Shown here in pieces: positions 29,411-39,876 of a stretch of 64,000 nucleotides of DNA. This DNA comes from an uncultured Gemmatimonadaceae bacterium (lineage in GTDB: Bacteria; Gemmatimonadota; Gemmatimonadetes; Gemmatimonadales; Gemmatimonadaceae). The DNA lies in the NCBI GenBank assembly GCA_963817955.1, contig CAWFQK010000004.1:1280001-1344000 (forward strand), given 5' to 3'. The notes beneath the pieces were generated by a model that did not search any database, was not told the DNA's origin, and saw only the letters and a program-made list of their open reading frames with translations. The position numbers and the translations under genes were made by a program. Numbering within the stretch: position 1 is the first letter of the stretch; the number at the start of each line of letters is the position of its first letter.

Positions 29411-31354
29411 TTACGGATGGCCCGCATCGGGCGGCTGCTGCCCATCGTCGATGATGTGCGGCGTGATCAGAATGAGGAGATCGCGCTTCGTCTCCACACG
29501 GTTGGTCACACCGAAGAGTCGGCCAATGATCGGAAGATCGACGAGAATTGGCAGACCGGACCGGCTCACGTTCACGGTGGTCTGTGTCAATCCGCCCATC
29601 ACGGCCGTCTCGCCGTCGGCGACGAGCACTTCGTTGTCAACGCTCTGCTTGGGGAATACGGCACCAACATCGTTCGATTGGAATTGCACGTCGGAGTTCT
29701 CGACGTGGACCTTCATCTGGACTTGGCGGTTGTTCGTGATCTGGGGCGTGACGATCAAGATGATACCGGTCTGCTGCATGCTGACCGCGGCACGCGGGAA
29801 GCTGCTGGTGGCGTTCGCGCCGGCGCCAGCCTCGATGACGCGGATGGGCACCTGGGTACCGGCGGTGATGTTCGCCGTTCGGTTGTTCAGGATGGTGGCG
29901 CTCGGCTCGGCCTGCACGTCGAGCAGCGTGTTGGTCTGGAGCGCTTCGAGGAACGTCGTGAAATCGAAGTTCCCCATGGCGGTAGAATAGACGAGCTGCA
30001 GCGCCGCGCCCGGCACGCGCGCGGTCGCATTGGCGATGGCGGACATGGTGTTGCCGCCGAGCTGAATCTGGCCGGCATCCGTGCGTGGTTTCCCGAGCGA
30101 GTCGAGGCGTGGCACGATGTCGTTGAAGAATTGTGACTGCGATCCGAGGTCGTAGCGCAGCCCAAGTCCCTCGAGCGTCGAACGATCCACCAGGATGATC
30201 TTGGCCTTGATGTTCACCTGGGGCTGCCGCAAGTCGAGGCTGCGTGCGTACTGCTCGAGCTCTGGAAGCGCCTGCGGCAGGTCGGTAATGCTGATGCTGT
30301 TGGTGATCGTGTCGGCGGTGACCGTGCCGCGCTGTGGGCAGTTGAGGCTCTGAGTACTGTTCGGAGTCGGCGACGCCCCGCCGCCGGGCGACTGCATGCC
30401 GGCCGGAGCGCTCGGGAGCTGCGACTGTGTGCAGGTACGCGACAGGCGCGCCGATACCATGTCCTTCACGGCGTTCGCGCGGGCGTAGTTCAGACGAACC
30501 GTGCGCGTCGTGAGCGGGATCATGGACTGCCGCGCGGCGATCGCGTCGAACGTATCGACGATGATGATGCCGCTCTCGTCCACTGTCACGTCATACCCGT
30601 TGGCGTTCATCACCTTTCGTAGCGCGACGTCCCACGGCTGGTTGATGATGTTGGCCGTGACGGTGCCGGTGACGTTCTTCGACGGCAGAATGGTGCGGCC
30701 TGTGAACGTGGAGAACAACGCCAGCACGTCTGCGATCGGCGCGGCCTCCCAACTTACCGTGATGCGAGGCTCCTGCGACTGCTGCGAGAGTAGCGGCCGC
30801 TTGGCGATGTCCGAGATCTGATATCTGGAGGGGCGCGACCGATCGGGACCGGCAGGCGCCGGATCGGCGGCGGGTCGGGGATCGTCCCGCCGATCGGGTG
30901 TCACGTGCCGTTCGTCGCCAGTCTCCCACGGCTCGAAGCTCGCCCCACCTTCGACGCTGATGCGGACGTCGCCGTTCTCCTGCGTCACGTCGTACGGGTG
31001 GGCCGTGTCGAGCGTGAGCACGATGCGCACCACCGTTCTGGTGAACTGTGAGTACCGAATGTGAGTGATGCCCCCGCGCGCGACGCCGTCGTAGGCGTCG
31101 CCTGGCGGCAGGCCGAGCGTCGCACCGGTCAGATCCACCACGATCTTGTCAGGCTTGGACAGTGTGAAATGCTTGAGCGTGATGGATCCGTCGACACGGA
31201 CGACGACGTCGGCGTGTCCCGTTCGCGGAACCACGCTGAGGGACACGACGGTTGCGTCGTTCGGAGTCGGCAACGTCGCGGCAACCGCCGGACGCGATCC
31301 GATCACGCCGAACGCAACGAGCATCGTCGATGCAAGCGTCCGGTGAGAAATCAT
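29411..31354 (-). CDS. pilQ: Type IV pilus secretin with AMIN domain
   Basis: AMIN (PDKIVVDL), PWDVAL, QVNIKAKI, GETAVMGG, LPIIGRLF, LLILITPHII. Confidence 0.93.
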   Translation of the reverse strand: MISHRTLASTMLVAFGVIGSRPAVAATLPTPNDATVVSLSVVPRTGHADVVVRVDGSITLKHFTLSKPDKIVVDLTGATLGLPPGDAYDGVARGGITHIRYSQFTRTVVRIVLTLDTAHPYDVTQENGDVRISVEGGASFEPWETGDERHVTPDRRDDPRPAADPAPAGPDRSRPSRYQISDIAKRPLLSQQSQEPRITVSWEAAPIADVLALFSTFTGRTILPSKNVTGTVTANIINQPWDVALRKVMNANGYDVTVDESGIIIVDTFDAIAARQSMIPLTTRTVRLNYARANAVKDMVSARLSRTCTQSQLPSAPAGMQSPGGGASPTPNSTQSLNCPQRGTVTADTITNSISITDLPQALPELEQYARSLDLRQPQVNIKAKIILVDRSTLEGLGLRYDLGSQSQFFNDIVPRLDSLGKPRTDAGQIQLGGNTMSAIANATARVPGAALQLVYSTAMGNFDFTTFLEALQTNTLLDVQAEPSATILNNRTANITAGTQVPIRVIEAGAGANATSSFPRAAVSMQQTGIILIVTPQITNNRQVQMKVHVENSDVQFQSNDVGAVFPKQSVDNEVLVADGETAVMGGLTQTTVNVSRSGLPILVDLPIIGRLFGVTNRVETKRDLLILITPHIIDDGQQPPDAGHP

Positions 31355-31833
31355 TTCGTCCTCGCTTTGGTGGAGTCGCCAAGGACTAACGAGTCCCGGC
31401 GCGTCGTGCCGAATTCGTCGATCGTGAACACGACCGTCTTCACACGAATGGCCGACACTCGCATGCGGCCAAGCGTGCTGCCTGTCGTGACACGGTATTG
31501 CGCATTTGTCGTGATATCGCGCAGCGTCGCGACCGAGTGGAGCCCGCCGTGGTCGTACAGGATACCAGTGAGGCGCAAATCGCTCATGGTCGGCCGGAGC
31601 TCGTTGGTGGTGAGCAGCGACACGAACGGATCGCGGCGCCCGTCAGGCGCGTAGCCGAACGCCTCGCGCAAGATCGTCGGCGGCGGACCTGCCGTATCGA
31701 TCTGCACGTTCGTTGCGGCAGCGGCGTTGGTCGCTGTTGCCTTGGGGTTCGACACTGGTTTCTGTGCCGACGCGCCATGCGCCGCGGCCGCAGTCAGCGC
31801 GGCGAGAGCGAGCAGGCATACGCGTATCCTCAC
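31351..31833 (-). CDS. pilP: PilP-like pilus assembly protein
   Basis: GRRDPF and LRLTGIL motifs; operon position. Confidence 0.75.
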   Translation of the reverse strand: MRIRVCLLALAALTAAAAHGASAQKPVSNPKATATNAAAATNVQIDTAGPPPTILREAFGYAPDGRRDPFVSLLTTNELRPTMSDLRLTGILYDHGGLHSVATLRDITTNAQYRVTTGSTLGRMRVSAIRVKTVVFTIDEFGTTRRDSLVLGDSTKARTK

Positions 31834-32444
31834 GGCGAACCTCCCGCAACTTTCGGCGTCCGTTTCGAGGCATGGGCAACGTACGTCTGCACCTGAAACT
31901 TCGCGTCGAGGAACTGTTCGTTCGGCTTTGGTTTGAGCTCGCCCGTACGGGCGGTGGGCGTGAGCGACAGGTTGATCGGCGCGACGATGCGCGGGAGCGA
32001 ACCGATATTCACGAGAAACGCGCCGATCTGATGATACGGACCGGTGACGCCGAGCTTGTACCGGTACGTGTCGAACTGATCCCCCTCGATCTTGCTGTCG
32101 GGCTGCACGTCGGAGAGTTCCAGGCCCGCGCGGCGTGCCGCGCTGGAAATAGACTCGAGCAGCGCCGGCACTTCGTTCTCGGTGGGCACGAGGCGGCGGA
32201 GCACGGCGAGCTCGCGCCCGTAGGCTTCGGCTTCCCGCTTCATCTTTGTGGAGTTGCCCTTTGCCGCGTCGGTCTTGGCGGCGCGGTTGAGCGAGTCGAG
32301 CGTATCGAGTCGCGCTTCGATCGCCACCAGTTCCGCATGCTTCGGCGACCAGAGGTATTGATAGTACACACCCGTGAGGCCGAGTGCGAGAATGGCGACG
32401 AACAGCAACCGTTGGCTGCGTGGGTTCTGAGGCAAGAGCGCCAT
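31830..32444 (-). CDS. pilO: Type IV pilus protein PilO
   Basis: TM plus coiled coil, PTENEVPALL, GPYHQIGAFL, LPRIV. Confidence 0.9.
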   Translation of the reverse strand: MALLPQNPRSQRLLFVAILALGLTGVYYQYLWSPKHAELVAIEARLDTLDSLNRAAKTDAAKGNSTKMKREAEAYGRELAVLRRLVPTENEVPALLESISSAARRAGLELSDVQPDSKIEGDQFDTYRYKLGVTGPYHQIGAFLVNIGSLPRIVAPINLSLTPTARTGELKPKPNEQFLDAKFQVQTYVAHASKRTPKVAGGSP

Positions 32445-32445
32445 A

Positions 32446-33198
32446 CTACTTCACCGATAGGCTGACGGGCACGCGATGCAGCTGCAGCGTATCCGGGCGG
32501 CTATATGCGAGCGTGAGCTGGAACTGCGTCACTTCCTTGCCCTGGTCGAGCGCGAGCTGCGATTGGTCGATCTGCACGTTGGAGAGGAACGGCGACGCTT
32601 CGAGATCTTTCATGAAACGTGTCATCGCCTGAATGTCCACCGTGCGGCCCATGATGCGGATGGTGATGGGATCGAGCGGCACAGTGGTATCCAGTCTCTT
32701 GGGCGGCTTGTTCTTGTTCTTCGCCGACGTGTCGGCGGGCGAACGCGGCAGCGCGACCACGTCGGTACTGCCCTGCGGGGTGCCGGCATAGCCGAGCACC
32801 GTCAGCCAGGTGTACTGCGGCAGCGCGCGGCTCACCTCATCCATGATGTGCGGCCACACGAAACGATCGCCATCGAGCGTGCGGATGATGTTCACCTGGC
32901 GCAGCAGCGTGTCACGCGTGGCTTCGGCGCGGTAGCGGTCCTTGAGGAAATGCGCATAGCGCGTGGAATCGCGAACGGCCGCTTCGTGCCGTTCGGTGAG
33001 CTGCGCTTCCGTTCTGCCCTGCGTCAGATACAGTCCGCCCACGGCGGCGGCGGCCGCGACGACGGCCGCGACGGCGACGAGCAGAAACGGGTCGCGGAAG
33101 TGGCCCGACATGCCGGCCACCATCGACTTCAAGTCCACAGATTGGCGGCGGCTCGATTTCTTCTTGCCCGCTCCGGGCAGGAGATTGATTTCGATCAT
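32446..33198 (-). CDS. pilN: Type IV pilus protein PilN
   Basis: N-terminal INLLP motif, TM, FMKDLEASPFL. Confidence 0.9.
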   Translation of the reverse strand: MIEINLLPGAGKKKSSRRQSVDLKSMVAGMSGHFRDPFLLVAVAAVVAAAAAVGGLYLTQGRTEAQLTERHEAAVRDSTRYAHFLKDRYRAEATRDTLLRQVNIIRTLDGDRFVWPHIMDEVSRALPQYTWLTVLGYAGTPQGSTDVVALPRSPADTSAKNKNKPPKRLDTTVPLDPITIRIMGRTVDIQAMTRFMKDLEASPFLSNVQIDQSQLALDQGKEVTQFQLTLAYSRPDTLQLHRVPVSLSVK

Positions 33199-34235
33199 GC
33201 GATGTGACGCAGCGCCAGCCCAATGGGCAGCATGAGCAGAGGGGCGATCTCGTCCGTAACGAGCGACTCCAGCGCGCCGTCGCGCACCTTCAGATTCGCC
33301 AGTGGGTTCGCCTGCTGCACCGTGACGTGCAGTCGGTTGGCGAGCATGTCGTTGAGCCCCGGAATACGCGAGCCACCGCCACAGGTATAGATGGCGCGCA
33401 TGGTCCCGGCGCGAGCGTTCTGCGCCAGGAACGCGGCGGCGCGTTCGATGCCGACGGCGATCTCCTCGCCGCGCCCTTCGATGACTGACTCGAGGTGAGG
33501 CGAACGGTCGTACCCCTGGATGAGCTGCTGCGCCTCGTTGGCCGACAGGCCGCGCTCGCGCTGCAGGTCTTCCCGGAACCGACGTGTGCCGACGGTCAGG
33601 TCGCGTGTGAGCAGCGGCACCCCGTCGTCGAGAATGTTGATGTTCGTCACGTCGTGGCCGATGTTCACCAGGCCAACCACGCCGTTCATTGCGTCGGGAT
33701 GGTTCACCTCGAACGCGTTGTGGAGTGCGAATGCTTCGACGTCCACGATTCCTGGCTCCAGACCGGCGTCCGTGAGCACGCGCATCTTTGATTCGATCAG
33801 CTCACGCTTGGCGGCGACGAGGAGTACACTCATCTCCAGCCCGTCGCCGTCGGGATCGAGGATCTGGAAATCCAGTTCCACCGACTCCATGTCGAATGGC
33901 ACGTGCTGCTCGGCTTCCCACCGCATCAGTTCGCGCGCCTGTTGCTCCTTCACGCGTTCGATCTGAATCTTCTTGATGATCACGTCGCGACCGCCGACGG
34001 CAGTCACGACGCTTTTCGTTTTGACCCCCGCGGACACGAGCGCGCCCTGGATCGCCTCGGCGACGATGCCCGGGTCCATGACCTCGCCTTCGACGATGGC
34101 GTCGGCGAGCAGCGGCGTCACCGTGACGCGCACGAGTTCCGGCTCCCGCTTGGAATGGTCGATAACAGCGACCTTGATCAAGCCTGAGCCGATATCGAGA
34201 CCAACGGTTGTCTTACTCCGACCGAATAGAGCCAT
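33195..34235 (-). CDS. pilM: Type IV pilus protein PilM
   Basis: VGLDIGS, EAEQHVPF, VLLVAAK, CGGGS, IGLALR. Confidence 0.94.
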   Translation of the reverse strand: MALFGRSKTTVGLDIGSGLIKVAVIDHSKREPELVRVTVTPLLADAIVEGEVMDPGIVAEAIQGALVSAGVKTKSVVTAVGGRDVIIKKIQIERVKEQQARELMRWEAEQHVPFDMESVELDFQILDPDGDGLEMSVLLVAAKRELIESKMRVLTDAGLEPGIVDVEAFALHNAFEVNHPDAMNGVVGLVNIGHDVTNINILDDGVPLLTRDLTVGTRRFREDLQRERGLSANEAQQLIQGYDRSPHLESVIEGRGEEIAVGIERAAAFLAQNARAGTMRAIYTCGGGSRIPGLNDMLANRLHVTVQQANPLANLKVRDGALESLVTDEIAPLLMLPIGLALRHIA

Positions 34236-34370
34236 GTGGGGCGCGACAGCTGAGGACGGCGATCGGACACTGTGACTGCATCTTCGCACCCCAGACGTCC
34301 TGTCTCACCGAACACGACCGACCCGGCTGCAGGTAACAGTCAGTACTACAAGTGACGGGCGTCACACATC

Positions 34371-35321
34371 TTAGAACAGCTCCGCCCAGCTCCTCTGGCG
34401 CACCGGATGGGGCGGCAGCGCGAGGCGGAGCGCGTGGGCGACCGCGCAGGGTGAATATCGGACGACCGCCCCCGATAGTCGCACGGCGACGCTTCCATCC
34501 GCTGGCGCGCCAAACGCCAGAAGGGCGCCGGTGATGACCAAACCACCGTTGGGTGACTCAACGCGGCCTCGCGCGATGACGAGCCCGGTCACCGCATACG
34601 GGCCGCTGATCGTGACCGAACCATCGGCGACCAGTATACCGACGAGGGAGCCGCCGGCAATGACGGTATCGCCGTGCACGTGATATACACGGCCACTGGA
34701 GTCCAGGGCCGCCAGCTGCCGCGCCAGGAGAAAATAGGTGGCCGTATCACCGGCCGCCGGCCGCTGCTCGACGCGGATGCTGTCGCTCGCCCTGACTACT
34801 GCACCGGGGGAAACGGCGACATCCGGCCCCACCGCCACGCATTCGGCATCGGCGCTCGTGGTGTCTGCGGCAAAGGCAACTGCATCCAGCCGCACGTCCC
34901 CCCGCGCGACAATCCCGGCCGCCGGCATCGCTGCCAGCGATGGAAATCGCGCGACCACATTCAGCCGGCGATGGCTCTCGTCCACACCGCTGAGCGATGC
35001 GTCTGCCGTTAGCCAGAGCACCCCAGCGCGCAGGCGCGTGACATCGATAGTCACCTGGTACAGTCCAGGCGATGCCGCACCGACGACGTTTGTCGCTCGA
35101 CCCAGTGGGAGCTCGGCCAAGCCAAAACCGACCGGATCCGCCAACACTGTGGCCAGGGCATAGTCGGCGGCCGCCGTCAGCTCGGCGTCGGCAAGCGCCA
35201 GCCGCGACGAGCGCTGCGCGACGAGCGAGGACGTCACACTCCCTGCGACAAGCAGGGCAATCAGCGCCATGAACCCCAGCGCCGCGAACAGGGCGATGCC
35301 ATGCCGTCTCCTCACGCTCAT
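34371..35321 (-). CDS. PilX-like minor pilin
   Basis: RRRHG-IALFAALGFM prepilin-like start lacking E5. Confidence 0.7.
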   Translation of the reverse strand: MSVRRRHGIALFAALGFMALIALLVAGSVTSSLVAQRSSRLALADAELTAAADYALATVLADPVGFGLAELPLGRATNVVGAASPGLYQVTIDVTRLRAGVLWLTADASLSGVDESHRRLNVVARFPSLAAMPAAGIVARGDVRLDAVAFAADTTSADAECVAVGPDVAVSPGAVVRASDSIRVEQRPAAGDTATYFLLARQLAALDSSGRVYHVHGDTVIAGGSLVGILVADGSVTISGPYAVTGLVIARGRVESPNGGLVITGALLAFGAPADGSVAVRLSGAVVRYSPCAVAHALRLALPPHPVRQRSWAELF

Positions 35322-36229
35322 CGTCGATTCCTCAGCATGACCGAGATGACTGCCGAGTCCCGATGGCCGCCAGTGGACGTCGCGGCAGCGAGCGCCCGCG
35401 GCGCGAGCCTCGTCTGCGCGCGTACGGCGATACCGACGAGTGCTACCGCCCGCGTGTCAGCCACCGGGGTCGGAATGGCTCGGCCGGCGCTGTCGATGTA
35501 GGTGAATGCCAGTCCGCCTGATGCTGCCGATAAGAACGGCCCGCTCACGGGTTGGATGGTGTTGAAGCGCGACGACGCAGTATTCCAATCGCGCGCGCCC
35601 AGATACCACGCTCCGTCGGATGCGCGGTACAGACTGTATCGGAAGGGACGAGTGACTCGAACCGGCGTTCCGATGAGCGCAGCCAGCGCGGGCGGGGAAT
35701 CGAGCGACAGGGCAATACGCCCGGCCGTGGCGACGGCGCTGTCCGAGAGATGGGGACCGAGCGGAGAACACTGTCCCGCTGCAGCACCAGTCGCCGACGC
35801 CACGCGGTACGGACGCCAGACGTCGCCCGTGTCCATTGGCGTGAACACCCACGCGGTGTCGCCCGCCTGGATCGCGACCGCCACACTTCCGAATGTGCCC
35901 GCACCTCCAGTTGGAGGCGCGAGCAAGACATGACCAGATGACGTGTCGCAGCCAACGCCGCTGGCAATGGTGGAGCGCAACTCGATTGACGTATCACGCG
36001 CTTCGCCGCTGCGAACGTCTCCCGCCACCGCGGAGGCGGCACGCAGGTCGATGGGTAGAATTGCCGCCGCATCACGCAACTGACCGCCCATGGCTGCGGC
36101 ATCGGCGAGATCGCTGAACACGCGCTGCTGACGCACGCTGACGGCGGAAACGAGCCCGAGGGCCAGGCCGCCAATCACGATCGCAACCATCAACTCGAGC
36201 AGCGTGACGCCGCGCCGCACGCGCGGCAT
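35318..36229 (-). CDS. PilW-like minor pilin
   Basis: RRG-VTLLELMVAIV prepilin motif. Confidence 0.8.
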   Translation of the reverse strand: MPRVRRGVTLLELMVAIVIGGLALGLVSAVSVRQQRVFSDLADAAAMGGQLRDAAAILPIDLRAASAVAGDVRSGEARDTSIELRSTIASGVGCDTSSGHVLLAPPTGGAGTFGSVAVAIQAGDTAWVFTPMDTGDVWRPYRVASATGAAAGQCSPLGPHLSDSAVATAGRIALSLDSPPALAALIGTPVRVTRPFRYSLYRASDGAWYLGARDWNTASSRFNTIQPVSGPFLSAASGGLAFTYIDSAGRAIPTPVADTRAVALVGIAVRAQTRLAPRALAAATSTGGHRDSAVISVMLRNRR

Positions 36230-36618
36230 CAGCACGACAGGCGCGTCCGCAGAACGACCGAGCGCGGCACGCCGCGAACCACAAAACCGACACTGTCGCT
36301 CACGTCGCGGGCGCCGCCCGCAATTAACACCACCATCCAGCGCTCTTCCTGCCCATCAGCTGAGCGGGCCTGCCCGACAAGCGGCGCACAAGGACCGGCA
36401 CCGAGCGCCTGCACACGGTTGGCGGCAGTACGTGCCGCCCGATCGCGCGCGTGCAATTCCGACGTCTGGCGCACAAGCACCGCGCTGCCGGCGACGAGCG
36501 CGAAGAGGCCGACATCTATGAGAATGACGGCGAGCAGGACCTCGAGGAGCGTGAAGCCGCAGCGAACGCCAGCGGAACCGGGCGACGCCCGTAGCGTGTC
36601 AATGCGATCGGCTTTCAT
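36229..36618 (-). CDS. PilV-like minor pilin
   Basis: G-FTLLEVLLAVIL prepilin motif. Confidence 0.78.
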   Translation of the reverse strand: MKADRIDTLRASPGSAGVRCGFTLLEVLLAVILIDVGLFALVAGSAVLVRQTSELHARDRAARTAANRVQALGAGPCAPLVGQARSADGQEERWMVVLIAGGARDVSDSVGFVVRGVPRSVVLRTRLSC

Positions 36619-36787
36619 GATGCCACAACACTACGCCTCGGCATGGCCACCCTGGCATCACGCGATGGCATGCGTCATCAATCAACCGCTCAATTTCTTC
36701 GTACGTCCATCGCGAGGTTCGCTAATCCGGAGCCATCCGGCCCTCGCGACGCCCGAAATCACTCAAACAAATCCTCGAAGATTCATA

Positions 36788-36832
36788 TAAAGGAACGGCC
36801 CGGGAGCGACGATGGCGCTCCCGGGCCGTTCC
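36788..36832 (-). terminator. Intrinsic terminator after the pilin gene
   Basis: 17-bp stem GGAACGGCCCGGGAGCG/CGCTCCCGGGCCGTTCC followed by UUUAU on the minus strand. Confidence 0.8.
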
Positions 36833-36857
36833 GATCACAGCGTCCAGCGTCCGGGCT

Positions 36858-37238
36858 CTACTTACATACGGGTGCGCCGTCTGGTGCTGTCGCCACGACC
36901 GGGTTCGTCGTGTTCATGCCGATGCCGCAGCTCTGGCCAGTAAGCTGCGAGTGCGTCACGGTCGCCGTCCAGTAGCCGGTCCCGACGACAATCGTCGGAG
37001 TGACACCCGTGGAGCTCCGGACCTTGAGTGCGAGTGTGTCCTTCGTGTAGGACTGGCTGTCGGCGAAGAACGACTCTTCGGCCGTCATGAGGCTGTGGAG
37101 ATCCGACTTCATTGCCGTGAGGTACGCCTTGTCCTTCGAGTTAGCAAACCTCGGGATGGCGATCGCGGCGAGAATGCCGATGATCACCACGACGATCAAC
37201 AGCTCGATCAGCGTGAAGCCTCTGCGCAGTTTGGGCAT
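36858..37238 (-). CDS. pilA: Type IV pilin, probably the major pilin
   Basis: RRG-FTLIELLIVVVIIGILAAIAIP; C-terminal Cys pair; own promoter and terminator. Confidence 0.88.
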   Translation of the reverse strand: MPKLRRGFTLIELLIVVVIIGILAAIAIPRFANSKDKAYLTAMKSDLHSLMTAEESFFADSQSYTKDTLALKVRSSTGVTPTIVVGTGYWTATVTHSQLTGQSCGIGMNTTNPVVATAPDGAPVCK

Positions 37239-37290
37239 GGTCCGTGAGTGGGGAGGAGGGAAGAAAGCGGGGAGGAACGCAACGGCTATG

Positions 37291-37305
37291 GCAATGTGCG
37301 GGCCG
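37291..37305 (-). promoter_or_regulatory. Sigma54 (-24/-12) promoter of the pilin gene
   Basis: CGGCCCGCACATTGC = GG-N10-GC ending in TTGC, about 50 nt upstream of the ATG; PilR encoded nearby. Confidence 0.62.
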
Positions 37306-37351
37306 AAGCGAGCACAACAAATAATATGCTGTCACATAACCATTTACGAGA

Positions 37352-39109
37352 CTACTCCCCGCTCTTCGACCTGCTCGGGTGTCTGGCTTTTTGCACGGTA
37401 TCTCGCATTTTGCCAGACGATCCTGCCAATGACAGGGATCCCGGTGAGTGGTTCCCTGCCCGGGCCGCCTTGGCCGAATCGGCGAATACGATCATGCGGC
37501 GGAGCAGCTTGATCGAGCCTCCATTGGAGATCGCCTTGAGCGCCATCGCCTTGCCCTCGTCGTACTGTCCTTCATCCAGCAGGCAGCCCGCAAACCCGGT
37601 CCGACCCATTGGGAAATCCGGGTCCAGCCCCCACGCCCAGCGGTACAATGGAATTGCCGGCTTGCACAACCCCACCAGGCGGTACTGCTCCGCCATGTTG
37701 AATGCTAGAAATGGATCGTACGGAAACAGCGTCAGCGCCTTGTGCAGCTCGGCCTCACCCTCGCGCTTCCTCTTCATCTCGAAGTCCCAAAGCCCAAGCA
37801 TGTAGTGGGCACGATACGCGTCGGGGGAGTCGATGACCGCCTGTCGGAACAGCGTGATGTTGTCTTTCCAGACGCGCGTCCTGAGAGAACTGCGGACCGC
37901 GCCCGTGAGCAGCACCACTGCGCTCGCGGCCGCGGCGACGTACATGACGCGCCGCGAATCAGCGCCGCGCCGGCGCAATGCATCCGCGATCAACACCGCA
38001 ACTTCGCCCAGGACAAGCATGGCGCCCACGCTGGGCAGGAATAATGTGCGTTCGGCGAGAACGATACCGGCCGGGAGCACGAAATTGCTCGATGGGAGCA
38101 GTGCGATGCAGGTGAAGGCGATGCCGAAGCTGATGACGCGCTGGGTGCGGCGGAGGGCCAGGCCGAGGCCGAGCGTTGCGACGAGAAGCATCAGCCCAGG
38201 CAGTTGCGTGTAGCTGATGCCCTGCGCGATCTCGATGGCGGGCGGTCCGTACTCGGAAGACAGATGCGCGGGCCAGAACAACAGTCGTATCCATTGCGGG
38301 ACCACAGCCACCGCCGTGAGCACGCGATCCGGTCCACTGATCTTCAATGTGTTGAACGGCGTGAACGGCGCGAAGCCACCCAGGCCATGGTCGGCCAGCA
38401 CCGCCGCGCGAACAGCGACGAACGTTACGGCGACGAGCGTGAGCGCCAGATAGAACGGACGCAGCTGTCGCACGCGTTCCCGCCACCTCGCACGGTCGTC
38501 GTGGAACAACGTGAGCTCGGCCGCGCCGAGCACAGCGGGGAGCACGATGCCGTGCTCCTTGGAGAAGCATGCGAACGCGTAGAGCGCCAGGATGCCAAGC
38601 GCGGTGGGCAAGCGCAGCGGTCCCTGCTGTCGATCGCGCACGTAGAGAATCAGCGCGCCGAGCACGGCGACGGCGACGAGCAACTCCGACTGCCCCACGA
38701 TGTTGGCTACCGCCTCCACGTGCACGGGGTGCACGGCAAACAACGCCGCGGCGAGCCACGCGGCCCACTGCGGCAGCACGCGGCGCGCGAGCAGGTAGAC
38801 GAGCACCGATACGGCCGCGTACAGCAGGATGTTCGCCGCATGAAACGTGGCCGGAATACCCTTGCCGATCGCGGACTCGACCTTGAACGCGATGATGGTG
38901 AGCGGCCGGTAACCGTCGCCGCCCCAGTCCTTGGGCCAGTACGACTGCTGAAACGCGTGCCACCAGCCATGCAGATTTCGAGTGGCCGGGTTCAGCTCGA
39001 CGACATAGCGGTCATCGTATGTGAACCAGTTCACAATGCCGACCGCGGATGAGGCGAGCGCCAACAACGCAATTCCCCACGCCGGCCAGCGCAGCCGGAG
39101 GCCTCTCAT
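37352..39109 (-). CDS. TMTC-like GT-C membrane glycosyltransferase with C-terminal TPRs
   Basis: FTYDD, YRPL, FHAANILL, LFAVHPVHVEAV, SKE, LLFWP, AERTLFLPS, WKDN, TPR. Confidence 0.85.
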   Translation of the reverse strand: MRGLRLRWPAWGIALLALASSAVGIVNWFTYDDRYVVELNPATRNLHGWWHAFQQSYWPKDWGGDGYRPLTIIAFKVESAIGKGIPATFHAANILLYAAVSVLVYLLARRVLPQWAAWLAAALFAVHPVHVEAVANIVGQSELLVAVAVLGALILYVRDRQQGPLRLPTALGILALYAFACFSKEHGIVLPAVLGAAELTLFHDDRARWRERVRQLRPFYLALTLVAVTFVAVRAAVLADHGLGGFAPFTPFNTLKISGPDRVLTAVAVVPQWIRLLFWPAHLSSEYGPPAIEIAQGISYTQLPGLMLLVATLGLGLALRRTQRVISFGIAFTCIALLPSSNFVLPAGIVLAERTLFLPSVGAMLVLGEVAVLIADALRRRGADSRRVMYVAAAASAVVLLTGAVRSSLRTRVWKDNITLFRQAVIDSPDAYRAHYMLGLWDFEMKRKREGEAELHKALTLFPYDPFLAFNMAEQYRLVGLCKPAIPLYRWAWGLDPDFPMGRTGFAGCLLDEGQYDEGKAMALKAISNGGSIKLLRRMIVFADSAKAARAGNHSPGSLSLAGSSGKMRDTVQKARHPSRSKSGE

Positions 39110-39876
39110 GTGAAGAGGTTGTACTTGGTGATGTGCCAGAACGCGGCGAGACCGTCCTTCCAGCTGATCTTCTTCCCTTCGGCGTACGTGCGGCCCGAAT
39201 AGCTGATCGGCACCTCGAAGATGCGCGCTCCAGCGTGGGCCAGGCGCGCCGTGATCTCGGGCTCGAAGCCGAACCGCTGCGCGGTGAGCCGGGGCAGCAG
39301 CGACCGCCCCAGGTCACCACGCATGGCTTTGTAGCACGTCTCCATGTCGGTGAGGTTGAGATTCGTCAGCATGTTACTGTAGGTGGTGAGCAGCGAATTG
39401 CCCACGGAGTGCCAGTAGTAGAGCACGCGATGTGGTCCACCGAGAAAGCGCGACCCGAAACTCGCATCGGCGCGTCCATCGAGGATCGGCTCGAACAATA
39501 CCGGCCAGTCCGTCGGATCGTACTCCAGGTCGGCATCCTGCACGACCACGATATCGCCGCTGCTCATGGAGAGTGCCTGGCGCGTGGCAGCACCCTTGCC
39601 GCGATTCTCGGGATGTCGGAAGAGCTGATCGATCTTGCCTTGCGCAAGCAACGTCTCGAGGATCTGCTGTGTCCCATCCGTGGAGTGATCGTCCACGCAA
39701 ATGATTTCCTTGGCCATCGGCGTGGCACGCACCTGATCGACGATGATATCGATGGTGTCGCACTCGTTGTACACCGGGATGAGCACGGACAGCCTGACCG
39801 TCGCAGGGTCCAGCGGCGTGCGTGGGCGAAGAATGCTCGGACGGCCGTTCGGAACAGCGGACGCTGTTGGGATCAT
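39106..39876 (-). CDS. GT2 glycosyltransferase, polyprenol-phosphate hexose synthase-like
   Basis: IPVYNE, VDDHSTDGT, NRGKG, QDADLEY, GSRF, TDMETCYK, FGFEPE. Confidence 0.9.
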   Translation of the reverse strand: MIPTASAVPNGRPSILRPRTPLDPATVRLSVLIPVYNECDTIDIIVDQVRATPMAKEIICVDDHSTDGTQQILETLLAQGKIDQLFRHPENRGKGAATRQALSMSSGDIVVVQDADLEYDPTDWPVLFEPILDGRADASFGSRFLGGPHRVLYYWHSVGNSLLTTYSNMLTNLNLTDMETCYKAMRGDLGRSLLPRLTAQRFGFEPEITARLAHAGARIFEVPISYSGRTYAEGKKISWKDGLAAFWHITKYNLFT